Below, piece after piece: positions 39,145-48,861 of a DNA stretch of 64,000 nucleotides. Source of the DNA: Spirochaetia bacterium (lineage in GTDB: Bacteria > Spirochaetota > Spirochaetia > SZUA-6 > Bin103); assembly GCA_965203515.1 (NCBI GenBank), contig OZ241907.1, forward strand, positions 1,984,001 through 2,048,000. The letters are read 5' to 3'. Within the stretch, counting starts at the first letter, position 1. Each line of letters opens with the position of its first letter. A model generated the notes under the pieces. It saw only the letters and a list, made by a program, of their open reading frames with translations. It was not told the origin of the DNA and made no database searches. The position numbers were made by a program, and so were the translations under genes.

Positions 39145-39804
39145 ATGCCGACCCCAGTCGACCGGCGCAGCCGCGCCGCCAAGGCCGCCTTCATCGTCGA
39201 AGCGCTCGACGATCTGATCGGCGACGTACCGATCCCGCTCCGGCACCGGGACCCGTTCACCCTGCTGGTGGCGGTGATCCTGTCCGGGCAGAGCACCGAC
39301 GCCAAGGTCAACCAGATCACCCCGGAGCTGTTCGCCCTCGCCGACACGCCGGCGGCGATGGCCGCCCTGCCGGTCGCCGCCATCGAAGACGTCATCCGGC
39401 CGTGCGGGCTGGCGCCGAGCAAGGCGCGCAACATCGGCGAGACCTCGCGCATGCTGCTGGACCGCCACGGCGGTCAGGTGCCGCGCACCCAGCCGGAGCT
39501 GGAGGCGTTGCCCGGCGTCGGTCCCAAGACCGCGCAGGTCGTGCTGGCGCAAGCGTTCGGCGCGGACGCGTTCCCGGTCGACACCCACATCCACCGCCTG
39601 GCGTACCGCTGGGGGCTGTCGACCGGCCGCAGCGTCGCCCGCACCGAACGCGATCTCAAGCGCGCCTTTCCCCGGCGGCTCTGGAGCCGCCTGCACCTGC
39701 AGATCATCATCTTCGGCCGCACCCACTGTCCGGCGCGCCGCCACCGGCCGGCCGAATGTCCGATCTGCGGCGTCGTCGGCCGCCGCGGCCTCCAACCCTC
39801 CTGA
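39145..39804 (+). CDS. nth: Endonuclease III
   Basis: LLVAVILSGQSTD, LPGVGPKTA, PVDTH, C-terminal Cys cluster. Confidence 0.93.
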   Translation: MPTPVDRRSRAAKAAFIVEALDDLIGDVPIPLRHRDPFTLLVAVILSGQSTDAKVNQITPELFALADTPAAMAALPVAAIEDVIRPCGLAPSKARNIGETSRMLLDRHGGQVPRTQPELEALPGVGPKTAQVVLAQAFGADAFPVDTHIHRLAYRWGLSTGRSVARTERDLKRAFPRRLWSRLHLQIIIFGRTHCPARRHRPAECPICGVVGRRGLQPS

Positions 39805-39844
39805 CCGGCGGCGCGGCACTCGCCCGGCCGGAGACCGGAGAGCC

Positions 39845-40603
39845 TCAGGCGGTCCCGTCCGCCATGAACACCTCGGCGTCCGGGACGACGCGCGCATACG
39901 GCAGACCGGGATTGACCAGCGCGTCGCGCACGATGCGGCGGTTGAAGTCGTGCACGTCCGCCGAGCCGAGATAGTCGTCGACCGGCATCCAGAAGCACTC
40001 CTCGATCTCGCTCGCCTGGATGACGATCTTTCGGGTGAGCGGCGCGAGCCGGCAGACGACGTACAGGTCGGAGTGATCGAACGCTCCGGTGTGACGGTGC
40101 CGCACGGAATTGATCGCCAGGAAGCGGGTGCGCACGCCGGTCTCCTCGAACACCTCGCGCACTACCCCGTCGGCGAGGTCCTCGCGGTGGTGCAGCAGGC
40201 CGCCGGGGAGCTTGTAGTAGGGCCGGCTCATGTCGCCGCGGTAGCGCTCGCTCACCACCAGCACCCGGCGCCGGTCGTCGATCACCACCCCGCCCGCGCC
40301 GACGTAGTGCGACGCGCCGGGATAGACGAAGCTGTCCGGCAGCGGCGCCAGCGTCAGCGTGACCGCCTCCGGCCGCGCGTGGTGGAACACGAAGCCGGCG
40401 GCGACCGCGGCCGGAATCAACGCGGCGGCCGACAGCGGCACTTCCAGCCACAGCACCTTGTGGCCGGCGCGCCAGGCGGGCAGGGCGCGGCTGAGCTGCT
40501 CCCGGAACTCGGACGCTGACGCCGGCAGGCTGCCGGCGTCGATGACGAAGTCTCCGTAGCGGTTGCCGGCGCCGCTGAGCCGGCCGGATCCGTCGGTCGC
40601 CAT
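39845..40603 (-). CDS. Nudix hydrolase with N-terminal pre-Nudix domain (NUDT6-like)
   Basis: WLEVP...GFVFHHA N-domain; Nudix box GGLLHHREDLADGVVREVFEETGV. Confidence 0.88.
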   Translation of the reverse strand: MATDGSGRLSGAGNRYGDFVIDAGSLPASASEFREQLSRALPAWRAGHKVLWLEVPLSAAALIPAAVAAGFVFHHARPEAVTLTLAPLPDSFVYPGASHYVGAGGVVIDDRRRVLVVSERYRGDMSRPYYKLPGGLLHHREDLADGVVREVFEETGVRTRFLAINSVRHRHTGAFDHSDLYVVCRLAPLTRKIVIQASEIEECFWMPVDDYLGSADVHDFNRRIVRDALVNPGLPYARVVPDAEVFMADGTA

Positions 40604-40715
40604 CCGTTGCAGTCTACACCGAGCGAGCGGGCGCGCCGGAGCAGCGGCTTGCCCGCGCGCCGGCCCCGGCGTACGTTTGCGTCAGCCGCGCTGACCGGGC
40701 GCGGGAGGGGGACCG

Positions 40716-41765
40716 ATGGCCGAGCAGGGCAGCACCGCAGTCATGACGCGTGGCCGCGCCGGGAAGCGCACCTTTCCCGGCATCAGCTCGCGCACGTGGG
40801 AGCATCCCGCGGACCGCGCCGCGCTGAACGCGCTGAAGAAGATACCGGGGTTCGACGAGCTGTTGCGCAAGTTCATCGGTTCGACCACCGAGCGCTCGTT
40901 GCGCCTCCTGCACCTCGCCTCCGCCGTCCGCGTCGACGACCGGCAGTTTCCGCGTATCAACGTCCTGCTGCAGGAAGCGAGCGCCTGCCTGGACGCCGAG
41001 CGGACGCCGGAGCTGTACGTCGTACAGTACCCGATCCTCAACGGCACCATCATCGGCGTCGACCGGCCGTTCATCACGCTCACCAGCTCCATCGTCGAAA
41101 CGATGAGCGACGACGAACTGATCGCCGTGATCGGGCATGAGCTGGGCCACTGTCTGAGCGGACATGCCCTCTACAAGACGCTGCTGGCCATGCTCCTGCA
41201 GGTATCGATGTCCTACGTGCGGGTCGGCCAGCTCATCGTACTGCCGATCCTGCTGGCGCTGCTGGAGTGGGACCGCAAGAGCGAGATGAGCGCCGACCGC
41301 GCCGGACTGCTGGTCTGTCAGGAGACCGGCGGCAGCTACGACCTGCTCATGAAGCTGTCGGGCGGGGGCGACACCACCCAGCTCAACGTCGGCGCGTTCT
41401 TCGAGCAGGCGGAGGAGTACCGCAAGGACACCGGCTTCCTGGATCAGGTCTACAAGGTGCTCAATCTGCTGGGGCAGCGGCACCCCTTCGCCGTGCTGCG
41501 GCTCACCGAGCTCAAGACCTGGGTCGACGCCGGCGCCTACCAATCGATCCTGGACGGCGACTACGTGCGGCGCGGCCAGGAGCCGGACGACACCGCCGCC
41601 GACTTCCAGGAAGCGGCCGACAGCTACAAGGACGGGTTCGAGAAGGCCAAGGCGACCGTGTGGGACGGGATCGACTCGATCCGCGGCACGCTCGACGGGC
41701 TGTTCAAGCGCCCGGAGCGCACGGAGCGCGCCGCGAAGGACGGCGGCCCGGAGAGCGGCGCGTAA
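40716..41765 (+). CDS. M48 family metallopeptidase
   Basis: VIGHELGH, EMSADRAGL, HPFAVLR. Confidence 0.9.
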   Translation: MAEQGSTAVMTRGRAGKRTFPGISSRTWEHPADRAALNALKKIPGFDELLRKFIGSTTERSLRLLHLASAVRVDDRQFPRINVLLQEASACLDAERTPELYVVQYPILNGTIIGVDRPFITLTSSIVETMSDDELIAVIGHELGHCLSGHALYKTLLAMLLQVSMSYVRVGQLIVLPILLALLEWDRKSEMSADRAGLLVCQETGGSYDLLMKLSGGGDTTQLNVGAFFEQAEEYRKDTGFLDQVYKVLNLLGQRHPFAVLRLTELKTWVDAGAYQSILDGDYVRRGQEPDDTAADFQEAADSYKDGFEKAKATVWDGIDSIRGTLDGLFKRPERTERAAKDGGPESGA

Positions 41766-41858
41766 AACGACCGCGCGCGCCGGCCGGCGGCAGCCGGCTG
41801 CCGGACACGCCGCCGGCGCGCCGCACCGGGCCAGCGCGCCAAGCCGGCGCGCATCGGT

Positions 41859-42608
41859 TCAGAGAGAGGCGTACAGCCGGCTTACCGCTTCGATGATGGT
41901 CTGCAGGTAGCGCCGCCCCGCCTCCGGCGTGGCGGACGCCGGGTCGTCGGTGTAGCCGGGGCCGATCCCCCAGTCGCGGTTCTGCTGCGCAAACGCGCCG
42001 GACTTGCCGGCCGGCAGGCCGACCCGTTCGCGGTCGACGGCCGGCAGGTCGGCCAGCACCTCCTGCCGCACCAGCTCCGGCCGGACCGCCATCACCATCG
42101 CGGTCTCGAAGTGGCCGGCGTGACCGGGCAGGCGCTCGTTGGCCAGGCCGCCGGCGACCAGCTCGGTCCGCGCCACGTCCCAGTAGGCGGCTGCGGACAC
42201 CCGGCCGGGCAGCCCGTACCGGTTGACCGCGTCCTGGGCGGCGACCTGATTGGCGGCGGTGTTGCCGCCGTGGCCGTTCAACAGCAGGATCCGCCGGTAC
42301 CCGGACAGGCTCAGCCCCTCGATCACGTCGCGGGTGGTCGCCAGGAAGACGTCCGATTGCAGCGACAGCACGCCGGGATGCGGGCGGTGATGGTGGGAGT
42401 TCCCATAGCAGACGGTAGGCGTGACCACCACGGAGCAGGACGCCGCCTCGGCGCTGCGGCGGGCCACCGTCTCCACCAGCAGCGTGTCGGTGACGACCGC
42501 CAAGTGCGGGCCGTGCTGTTCGATCGACGCGGTCGGCACGACCGCCAGCGAATCGGCAGCGCGGTCGGCGGCCTCCTGACGGGTGAGTTCGGCAAACAGG
42601 GTCAGCAT
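41859..42608 (-). CDS. Creatininase family protein
   Basis: EQHGPHL, NGHGGN, GHAGHFET. Confidence 0.92.
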   Translation of the reverse strand: MLTLFAELTRQEAADRAADSLAVVPTASIEQHGPHLAVVTDTLLVETVARRSAEAASCSVVVTPTVCYGNSHHHRPHPGVLSLQSDVFLATTRDVIEGLSLSGYRRILLLNGHGGNTAANQVAAQDAVNRYGLPGRVSAAAYWDVARTELVAGGLANERLPGHAGHFETAMVMAVRPELVRQEVLADLPAVDRERVGLPAGKSGAFAQQNRDWGIGPGYTDDPASATPEAGRRYLQTIIEAVSRLYASL

Positions 42609-42656
42609 TGGTCCTCCATTCGCATCATCATGCCATTCTCATCATTATAGCCGACG

Positions 42657-43526
42657 ATGAAGATCCACGCCGCCGCCACGCTCGGCTTCTCCGCCTACGG
42701 ACTCGACACCGCGCTCGCCCAGTTGGCGGACGCCGGCTTCCGGGCCGTGGAGTTGAGCCACATGGGCACCTTCTGCGTCCATCTCCCCTACCCCGACACC
42801 GAACCGGCGGCGGTGGCCGACGCGCTGGATCGGCACGGCGTGCGGCCGATCGCCTGCAACGTCTCCACCGGACGGCGGGAGCCCGACGGGCGGCACCGCT
42901 TCTTCGACTACACCGAATCCGCGGACGCGCGCGAGGCCGTGGCGCAGGGCCGCTGGTACCTGGAGCTGGCCTCCGGCCTGGGCGCGCGCACGGTGACCAT
43001 GAGCACGGCGCGCCGCCAGCTCCAGGAGCGCGAGTGGCTGCGCCACCTGCGGCCGGCGGCGCGGGCGATCCGGGAACAGGCGCGGATCGCCGCCGACCTG
43101 GGCGTGCGCGTCCACCTGGAAGTGCCGCACCTGTTTCAGATCACCGATTCGGTCGATCACGTCAAGGCGATGTTCGAGGAGGTCGACCACCCCGCGCTCG
43201 GCGCCACCGTCGACACCAGCCACTGGGGCGTCATCGGCTACGACCCGGACGACCTGTTCGGCTTCCTGGGCGACTGCCTGCGGCACGTGCACCTGCGCGA
43301 CAGCGCCGGCGGCGACACGCAGGACTTCCGTCAGGACCTGGAGCTGACCCCGGGCCGCGGCGCCGTCGACTTCGCCGCCTTCCGCGAGGCGCTGGAGCGG
43401 GCCGCCTACCGGGGGACCGTGTCGCTCGACTTCGAGTACCGGATGCCGGACATCCCCCACATCCGCGACGAGTTCGCATTCGGACTCGACGCGCTCGCGG
43501 CGGCCGGCTGGCAGATGGGCCGCTGA
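42657..43526 (+). CDS. Sugar phosphate isomerase/epimerase (AP-endonuclease-2 TIM barrel)
   Basis: LE, DTSH, HVHLRD, PGRGAVDF, DFE motifs. Confidence 0.85.
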   Translation: MKIHAAATLGFSAYGLDTALAQLADAGFRAVELSHMGTFCVHLPYPDTEPAAVADALDRHGVRPIACNVSTGRREPDGRHRFFDYTESADAREAVAQGRWYLELASGLGARTVTMSTARRQLQEREWLRHLRPAARAIREQARIAADLGVRVHLEVPHLFQITDSVDHVKAMFEEVDHPALGATVDTSHWGVIGYDPDDLFGFLGDCLRHVHLRDSAGGDTQDFRQDLELTPGRGAVDFAAFREALERAAYRGTVSLDFEYRMPDIPHIRDEFAFGLDALAAAGWQMGR

Positions 43527-44350
43527 TGCCGGCGCCGATGACGATCGCTACCTGGAACGTCAACGGCATGCAGGCGCGGCTCGACTTCGTCCTGCACTGG
43601 CTGGCGGCGCGCGGCCCGGACGTCGCGCTGCTGCAGGAGTTGAAGCTGCCCGACGACCGGTTCCCGCACGACCGGCTGCGGGCGGCCGGCTACCGCGCGC
43701 TCGTGCACGGCCAGAAGAGCTGGAACGGCGTGGCCGTGCTGACGCGGGAGGAGACGGTGCGCCGCGCGGAGGTCTTCCGCCGCGGCCTGCCGGGACTCGA
43801 TGAGCAGGGAGCGCGGCTGATCGGCGCGCAGGTCGAGGTCGCCGGCTGCGGCGCGCTCGACTGCGTTTCGGTCTACGTCCCGAACGGGCGCGCCGTCGAG
43901 CATCCGGAGTTCGGCCACAAGCTGGCGTTTCTGGACGGACTGATGAGCTTCGCCGAGCGCGAGGCGCGCCCGGATCGGCCGCTGGTGATCGGCGGCGACT
44001 TCAATCTGTGCCCCGGCGAGCTCGACACCTGGGACGAGGAGGCGTGGCGCGAGAAGATCTTTCACACCGCCGAGGAACGCCGGCGCTTCCGGACGCTGCT
44101 GGACCTGGGCATGACGGACCTGTTTCGCGCCCTGCACCCCGATCTTCGCCGGTTCTCCTGGTGGGACTACCGCGCCGGAAACTTCCACAAGAACCGGGGC
44201 CTGCGCATCGACCTGCTGCTCGCCGCGCCGCCGGTCGCGGCGCGGGCCGCCGGCGTCACGATCGACCGAGACTACCGCAAGAAGAAGGACGGCATGATCG
44301 CCAGCGACCACGCGCCGGTGATCGCCGAACTCCGCCGTTCACCCGCCTGA
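43526..44350 (+). CDS. xth: Exodeoxyribonuclease III
   Basis: ATWNVNG, LQELK, GGDFN, FSWWDYR, GLRIDLLL, SDHAPV. Confidence 0.93.
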   Translation: MPAPMTIATWNVNGMQARLDFVLHWLAARGPDVALLQELKLPDDRFPHDRLRAAGYRALVHGQKSWNGVAVLTREETVRRAEVFRRGLPGLDEQGARLIGAQVEVAGCGALDCVSVYVPNGRAVEHPEFGHKLAFLDGLMSFAEREARPDRPLVIGGDFNLCPGELDTWDEEAWREKIFHTAEERRRFRTLLDLGMTDLFRALHPDLRRFSWWDYRAGNFHKNRGLRIDLLLAAPPVAARAAGVTIDRDYRKKKDGMIASDHAPVIAELRRSPA

Positions 44351-44374
44351 CCGCCGCCAGACTATGAGGCCAGG

Positions 44375-45166
44375 CTAGATCGTGGTGAAGCCGCCGTCGA
44401 CCATCAGGTTGTGGCCGGTCACGTACGCGGAGGCGTCCGAGGCCAGAAACACCACGGCGCCCTTCAGGTCCTCGTTGTGCATCATGCGGCCCAAGGGGAC
44501 CCGCTTGCCGTAACGTTCCACGAACGCGCCGGCCTGACCGGTGAAGTAGCCGCCCGGCGAGATGCAGTTGGCGCGCACGCCCTGCTTGCCGTAGTAGTTG
44601 GCGACGTAGCGGGTGAAGTTGATCATGCCCGCCTTGACGAAGTTGTAGCTCGGCGGCTGCACCATCTCCGTCTCCTCGTACAGCGACGGATCGTTGCCGA
44701 CGACGCCGTAGATGCTGGAGATGTTGATGATGCTGCCCCCGCCGGCGTCCGCCATCGAACGGACGAAACGCTTGCAGATGGCGTACAGGCCGACCATGTC
44801 GCCGGCCGCCGAGCGCTGCCAGTCGTCGGCGGTCTGCGTCTCGAAGCTGCCGGCGGTCGCGTCGCGGACCAGGGCGCTGTTGACCAGCACGTCGACGCGG
44901 CCGAAGCGTTCGGTCACCTGGTCATGGAAGCGTCCGATCGAGCGGACGTCGCCGATGTCGAGCTGCATGCCGTGCGCGTCCGCGCCGGTCCGCTCCGCCA
45001 GGGACGCCGCGTACTCCCGGTTCCGCTCCAGCGAGCGCGAGGCGGTGACCACGCGGGCGCCCGCTTCCGCCAGCGCTTCCGAGATGCTGCTGCCGAACTG
45101 CGGTCCGGCCCCGGCGGTGACGACCGCCGTCTTGCCGCTCAAAGAGAACGTGTCCAGAACACCCAC
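44375..45166 (-). CDS. SDR family oxidoreductase
   Basis: NISSIYG, YNFVK, ISPGG, VDGG. Confidence 0.9.
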   Translation of the reverse strand: MGVLDTFSLSGKTAVVTAGAGPQFGSSISEALAEAGARVVTASRSLERNREYAASLAERTGADAHGMQLDIGDVRSIGRFHDQVTERFGRVDVLVNSALVRDATAGSFETQTADDWQRSAAGDMVGLYAICKRFVRSMADAGGGSIINISSIYGVVGNDPSLYEETEMVQPPSYNFVKAGMINFTRYVANYYGKQGVRANCISPGGYFTGQAGAFVERYGKRVPLGRMMHNEDLKGAVVFLASDASAYVTGHNLMVDGGFTTI

Positions 45167-45206
45167 GGCGGCTATGATGCGCGGTCGGCCGCGCCGCCGT
45201 CCACCC

Positions 45207-45995
45207 TCACCCCGACAGCCCCGCCCCGGGCAGCCGCCGCAGCAGCGCCCGCAGCATCCGCGCCATCTGCCGTTCATGGCAGGGGGCGAACCGGGTGAAC
45301 TCGCGCAGGTTGCGCGCCGCCTCCTCCGCCGGATCGAACCGACCGCCCATCAGCGCGTAGTCGCCGGCCAGCTCGCGGTTCCACACCCGCAGCTCGTCCA
45401 GGGTGAGCTGCGGCTCGAACTGAAAGCCGTACGACCGGCCGCACCGGAACGCCATGGGAATACGCGCGTACCCCCCGTCGCGGCGCAACATGGTCCCCTC
45501 CGCCAGCAGCTCCCCGCCGGCCGGGACGGAGAACCGCTCGCCGTGCAGGACCGGCACCAGCGGTATCTCGATCTCCCGGAAGACCGGATCGGCCGCGCCG
45601 GCCGCGGTCACGTCGATCTTGCGCAGCCCGAACTGGTACCCGCCGGTCGGCCGCACCCGGCCGCCCAGCGCCCGCGACAGCAATTGCGCGCCAAGGCAGA
45701 CGCCCAGCACCGGCGTCGGCGGGCTGCCCACAGCGGCGGCGCGCAGGTAGTCGAGCTCCTGCCGCAGTGCCGGCAGGTCGTCGTTGGCCGACATCGGACC
45801 GCCCAGCGCGACGATCAGGTCGACCTCGGCAAGGCGCGGAGCGTCGAACCGCTCGAAGCGGGGCGCGCCCTGAAAGACCGGCACCGGGATCGGCCGGTAG
45901 CCGGCCTCTGCCAGGACCGCCGCGAAGTTGCCGCCCAGCGTCTCCACGGCCGCGTGCTGGATGACCGCTGCGCGTCCGGCCCTCGCCCGCTCCAT
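45207..45995 (-). CDS. Type 1 glutamine amidotransferase-like protein
   Basis: LGGPMS, LGVCLGAQLL; catalytic QFHPE appears as QFEPQ. Confidence 0.85.
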   Translation of the reverse strand: MERARAGRAAVIQHAAVETLGGNFAAVLAEAGYRPIPVPVFQGAPRFERFDAPRLAEVDLIVALGGPMSANDDLPALRQELDYLRAAAVGSPPTPVLGVCLGAQLLSRALGGRVRPTGGYQFGLRKIDVTAAGAADPVFREIEIPLVPVLHGERFSVPAGGELLAEGTMLRRDGGYARIPMAFRCGRSYGFQFEPQLTLDELRVWNRELAGDYALMGGRFDPAEEAARNLREFTRFAPCHERQMARMLRALLRRLPGAGLSG

Positions 45996-46060
45996 CGTCT
46001 ACCCCTCGCTGCCTTCGCCCGCCATGCTATCCTTTGCGACAGGCACGCCGACAGGAGGGG

Positions 46061-46381
46061 ATGCGGATGTACTCGATCGGAATGGCGCTCAAGCTCAGGC
46101 CCGGCAGGTACGCGGAGTACAAACGGCGCCACGATGAGCTGTGGCCGGAGATGGAGCGCATGATGCGGGCGCAGGGCGTCAGCATGGTGATCTATCGCCA
46201 TGAGGACTGGCTGTTCGTGCACGGGACCGCGCCGAGCGCCGAGCACTACCGGCGCACCACCGTCGATCCGATCACCCCGAAGTGGAACGAGTACATGAAG
46301 GAAGTGCTGGAGGTCGACGCCGCCGGCGACCTGATCGTCCGCGAGCTGCCGCTGGCATTCAGCTTCGGCGACTTTGCATGA
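46061..46381 (+). CDS. L-rhamnose mutarotase family protein
   Basis: EYKRRHDELWPEM, KWNEYM. Confidence 0.85.
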   Translation: MRMYSIGMALKLRPGRYAEYKRRHDELWPEMERMMRAQGVSMVIYRHEDWLFVHGTAPSAEHYRRTTVDPITPKWNEYMKEVLEVDAAGDLIVRELPLAFSFGDFA

Positions 46382-46409
46382 CGCACGCCGATCGAGGAGC
46401 GCCGCACGC

Positions 46410-47816
46410 ATGAAGTTCCTGTTCGCCGATCACTCGGACATCTTCGAGCCGTGGGGCAGCGTGAGCTTCGGCGCCAGCGCCGCGCGCGTCTTCGCTCCGG
46501 CGCCGCCGATTCCGTTCAACGTCAGCCATACCCGCCGGCTGGCCGACGGGTCGTACGACGTCATCGGTCACAAGGTCGGTACCCGCATCCCCTGGCAGAT
46601 CTATCGGGCGACCACCCGCGACGGCATCCACCTGGAGAACATCCGCATCGTCCACGACGAGCCGGGCGACCATTGGGGCTATAACGCCCGCTGCCTCTAC
46701 AGCCCCGAGCTCGACCGCTACATCTACACCAAGAACACCTCGGACGACTCCGGGTTCACCATGCACGTCTTCCACAGCACGGACGGCGACCACTGGACCC
46801 CGTACGAGCGCAACCCGGTCTTCAATGAGGGCGATGCCTGGGGCGGCGTGTGGAGCTCGGTCGCGCAACGCTTCATCCTGACGCCCAAGGGCATCCAGCG
46901 CTACCAGGACAAGGCGGTCAACGAGCTGTTCCTCAACGCCCGGCGCGTGCTGACCGTGCGCACCAGCCCGGACGGCTTCACCTGGACGCCGCAGATCGCC
47001 AGCGACTACAAGGTCGACAAGGAGGTCGTGCGCGGCATGCGCATCCTGCACGCGCCGCTGCTGAGCGCCGAGTACCAGCTGGAGCAGAACGAGCTCGACC
47101 CGCCCGACCTGGAGTTCTACAACGGCTCCCCGTTCGCGTACGAAGGCCGCTACTTCATGGGCGTGAACAACTACTCCGGGTCGTTCACGGAGCCGGCCTG
47201 GTCGCCGGTGCGCGCCGACGGCCACGGCGCCGGCGGCGCGCTCGGCAACGAGCTGTGGACCAGCCGCGACGGCCTCACCTGGAGCCGCCCCAACCAGCAC
47301 GGCGGCCGCGGCATCGGCGGCATCCACGATCCGATGCTGATCGGCGACCGCGTCATGTTCCGCGAGCGGGACTCGGCCGGCGGCGTGCCGGTCGACCGGT
47401 TCACCTACGTGACCGGATGGTCCAACAGCCACTTCACCACCGCGTCGCTGGTGATGGGCCGGGGCGGCCTGTTCCTGAACGTCGCGGTGCCGGGCGAGGG
47501 CGTCGACAACAGCGCCAACGAGAACTACGTGCTGGCGGAGCTGATCGACGCCGCCGGCAAGGTGATCACCGGCTACGACCGCGAGAGCTGCCAGCTGCAG
47601 GGGCCGCTCGATCGGTTGCGGCATCCGCTGCGGTGGCGCGGCAAGGACGGCGGCGAGCTGGCCGGCGAACGGGTGCGGGTGCGCATCTACCTGCGCGGCG
47701 CCAACGTCTACGCGCTGACCGCGCCCGATGCCGAAAGCGATTGCGCGACCGGCAGCTCGTACGCGGCGGTCACGCCGCCCGCGCCCACGCGCCGCCGCCA
47801 CAGCAGCGGCAATTAG
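46410..47816 (+). CDS. Hypothetical protein, probable beta-propeller glycoside hydrolase-like (Asp-box repeats)
   Basis: Repeated S/TxDGxxW boxes (STDGDHW, SPDGFTW, SRDGLTW); C-terminal LFLNV...LRWRG domain. Confidence 0.65.
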   Translation: MKFLFADHSDIFEPWGSVSFGASAARVFAPAPPIPFNVSHTRRLADGSYDVIGHKVGTRIPWQIYRATTRDGIHLENIRIVHDEPGDHWGYNARCLYSPELDRYIYTKNTSDDSGFTMHVFHSTDGDHWTPYERNPVFNEGDAWGGVWSSVAQRFILTPKGIQRYQDKAVNELFLNARRVLTVRTSPDGFTWTPQIASDYKVDKEVVRGMRILHAPLLSAEYQLEQNELDPPDLEFYNGSPFAYEGRYFMGVNNYSGSFTEPAWSPVRADGHGAGGALGNELWTSRDGLTWSRPNQHGGRGIGGIHDPMLIGDRVMFRERDSAGGVPVDRFTYVTGWSNSHFTTASLVMGRGGLFLNVAVPGEGVDNSANENYVLAELIDAAGKVITGYDRESCQLQGPLDRLRHPLRWRGKDGGELAGERVRVRIYLRGANVYALTAPDAESDCATGSSYAAVTPPAPTRRRHSSGN

Positions 47817-47853
47817 TGGAGCTATCAGGGAGAAGCCGGATGAGGAGATACCG

Positions 47854-48861
47854 ATGAAGTCGGTGCGCGTGACCGCTGCCGGAACGATCGAGGTGATCGA
47901 CGGACCCGAACCGACCCTGGAAGACGACCAGGTGATGGTGCGGCCGATTACCGCCACGCTGGCGGGCGACGACGTGCGCCGCGTGTACGACGGCGCCGCC
48001 GGCCGCTACCCGCTGCCGGCCGGCGCGAGCGCCCACGAGCTGGTGGCGCGCGTGGTCGATGCCAGGTACACCGACCGCCAGTGGCGGGAATTCCAACCGG
48101 GCGAGACGGTGGTGTTCTACGGCGCCCGGGCGGTCGGCCTGGCGGAGACCCTGGTCGTCCCCCACTCGACCGTGTTCTGGCTGCCGCCGGCGGAGGACCC
48201 CGACCTGCAGGCGGTGACCACCGTACGCCCGCTCGGCCAGGTGATCGAGGCGTGCAACACCTTCCCTCCGCTCACCACCGCCTGCGCGGCCGTGGTCGGG
48301 CAGGGATGCTCCGGCCTGCTGTTCGACGCGATGCTGGACCGCATGGGGGCCGGCGTGATCGCGGGCATCGACGCGCGGGCCGAACGGGCCGCGGTCGCCG
48401 GCCGATTCGGGGCCACGCTGGCGCTGGCGCCCGGCCCGGACACGGTGCGGCAGGTGCGGGACGCCAACGGCGGCTTCCTTGCCGACGTGGTGGTGGAGAC
48501 ATCCGGCACCACCGCCGGCCTGCGGCTGGCGGTCGACCTGATACGGCCCGGCGGCCGGCTCCATCTGTTCGGCGCTCCGAACGAGTCCCCGTACCACCTG
48601 GACGCGGCGGCGCTGGCGGAAAAGCGCTTCGACGTGCGGGCATCCGGCGCCGGGATACGGAACGCCAGCCCGTACTGGTCGCCGTACGGCGCGGCCATGA
48701 ACCTGATCCTGCGCGGCGAGGTCGACACGCGGCCCCTGCTGACGCACCGGTTCCCGCTGGAGCAGGCCGCCGAGGCGTTCGCGCTGGCCCGCTCCGGAAA
48801 CGACGGCGCGCTCAAGGTGAGCATCGACTACGGCCATGACGCCTCAACTCATGACGCCTGA
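47854..48861 (+). CDS. Zinc-binding alcohol dehydrogenase (MDR) family protein
   Basis: VVGQGCSGL, DVVVETSG, LLTHRFPLEQAAEAF. Confidence 0.85.
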   Translation: MKSVRVTAAGTIEVIDGPEPTLEDDQVMVRPITATLAGDDVRRVYDGAAGRYPLPAGASAHELVARVVDARYTDRQWREFQPGETVVFYGARAVGLAETLVVPHSTVFWLPPAEDPDLQAVTTVRPLGQVIEACNTFPPLTTACAAVVGQGCSGLLFDAMLDRMGAGVIAGIDARAERAAVAGRFGATLALAPGPDTVRQVRDANGGFLADVVVETSGTTAGLRLAVDLIRPGGRLHLFGAPNESPYHLDAAALAEKRFDVRASGAGIRNASPYWSPYGAAMNLILRGEVDTRPLLTHRFPLEQAAEAFALARSGNDGALKVSIDYGHDASTHDA

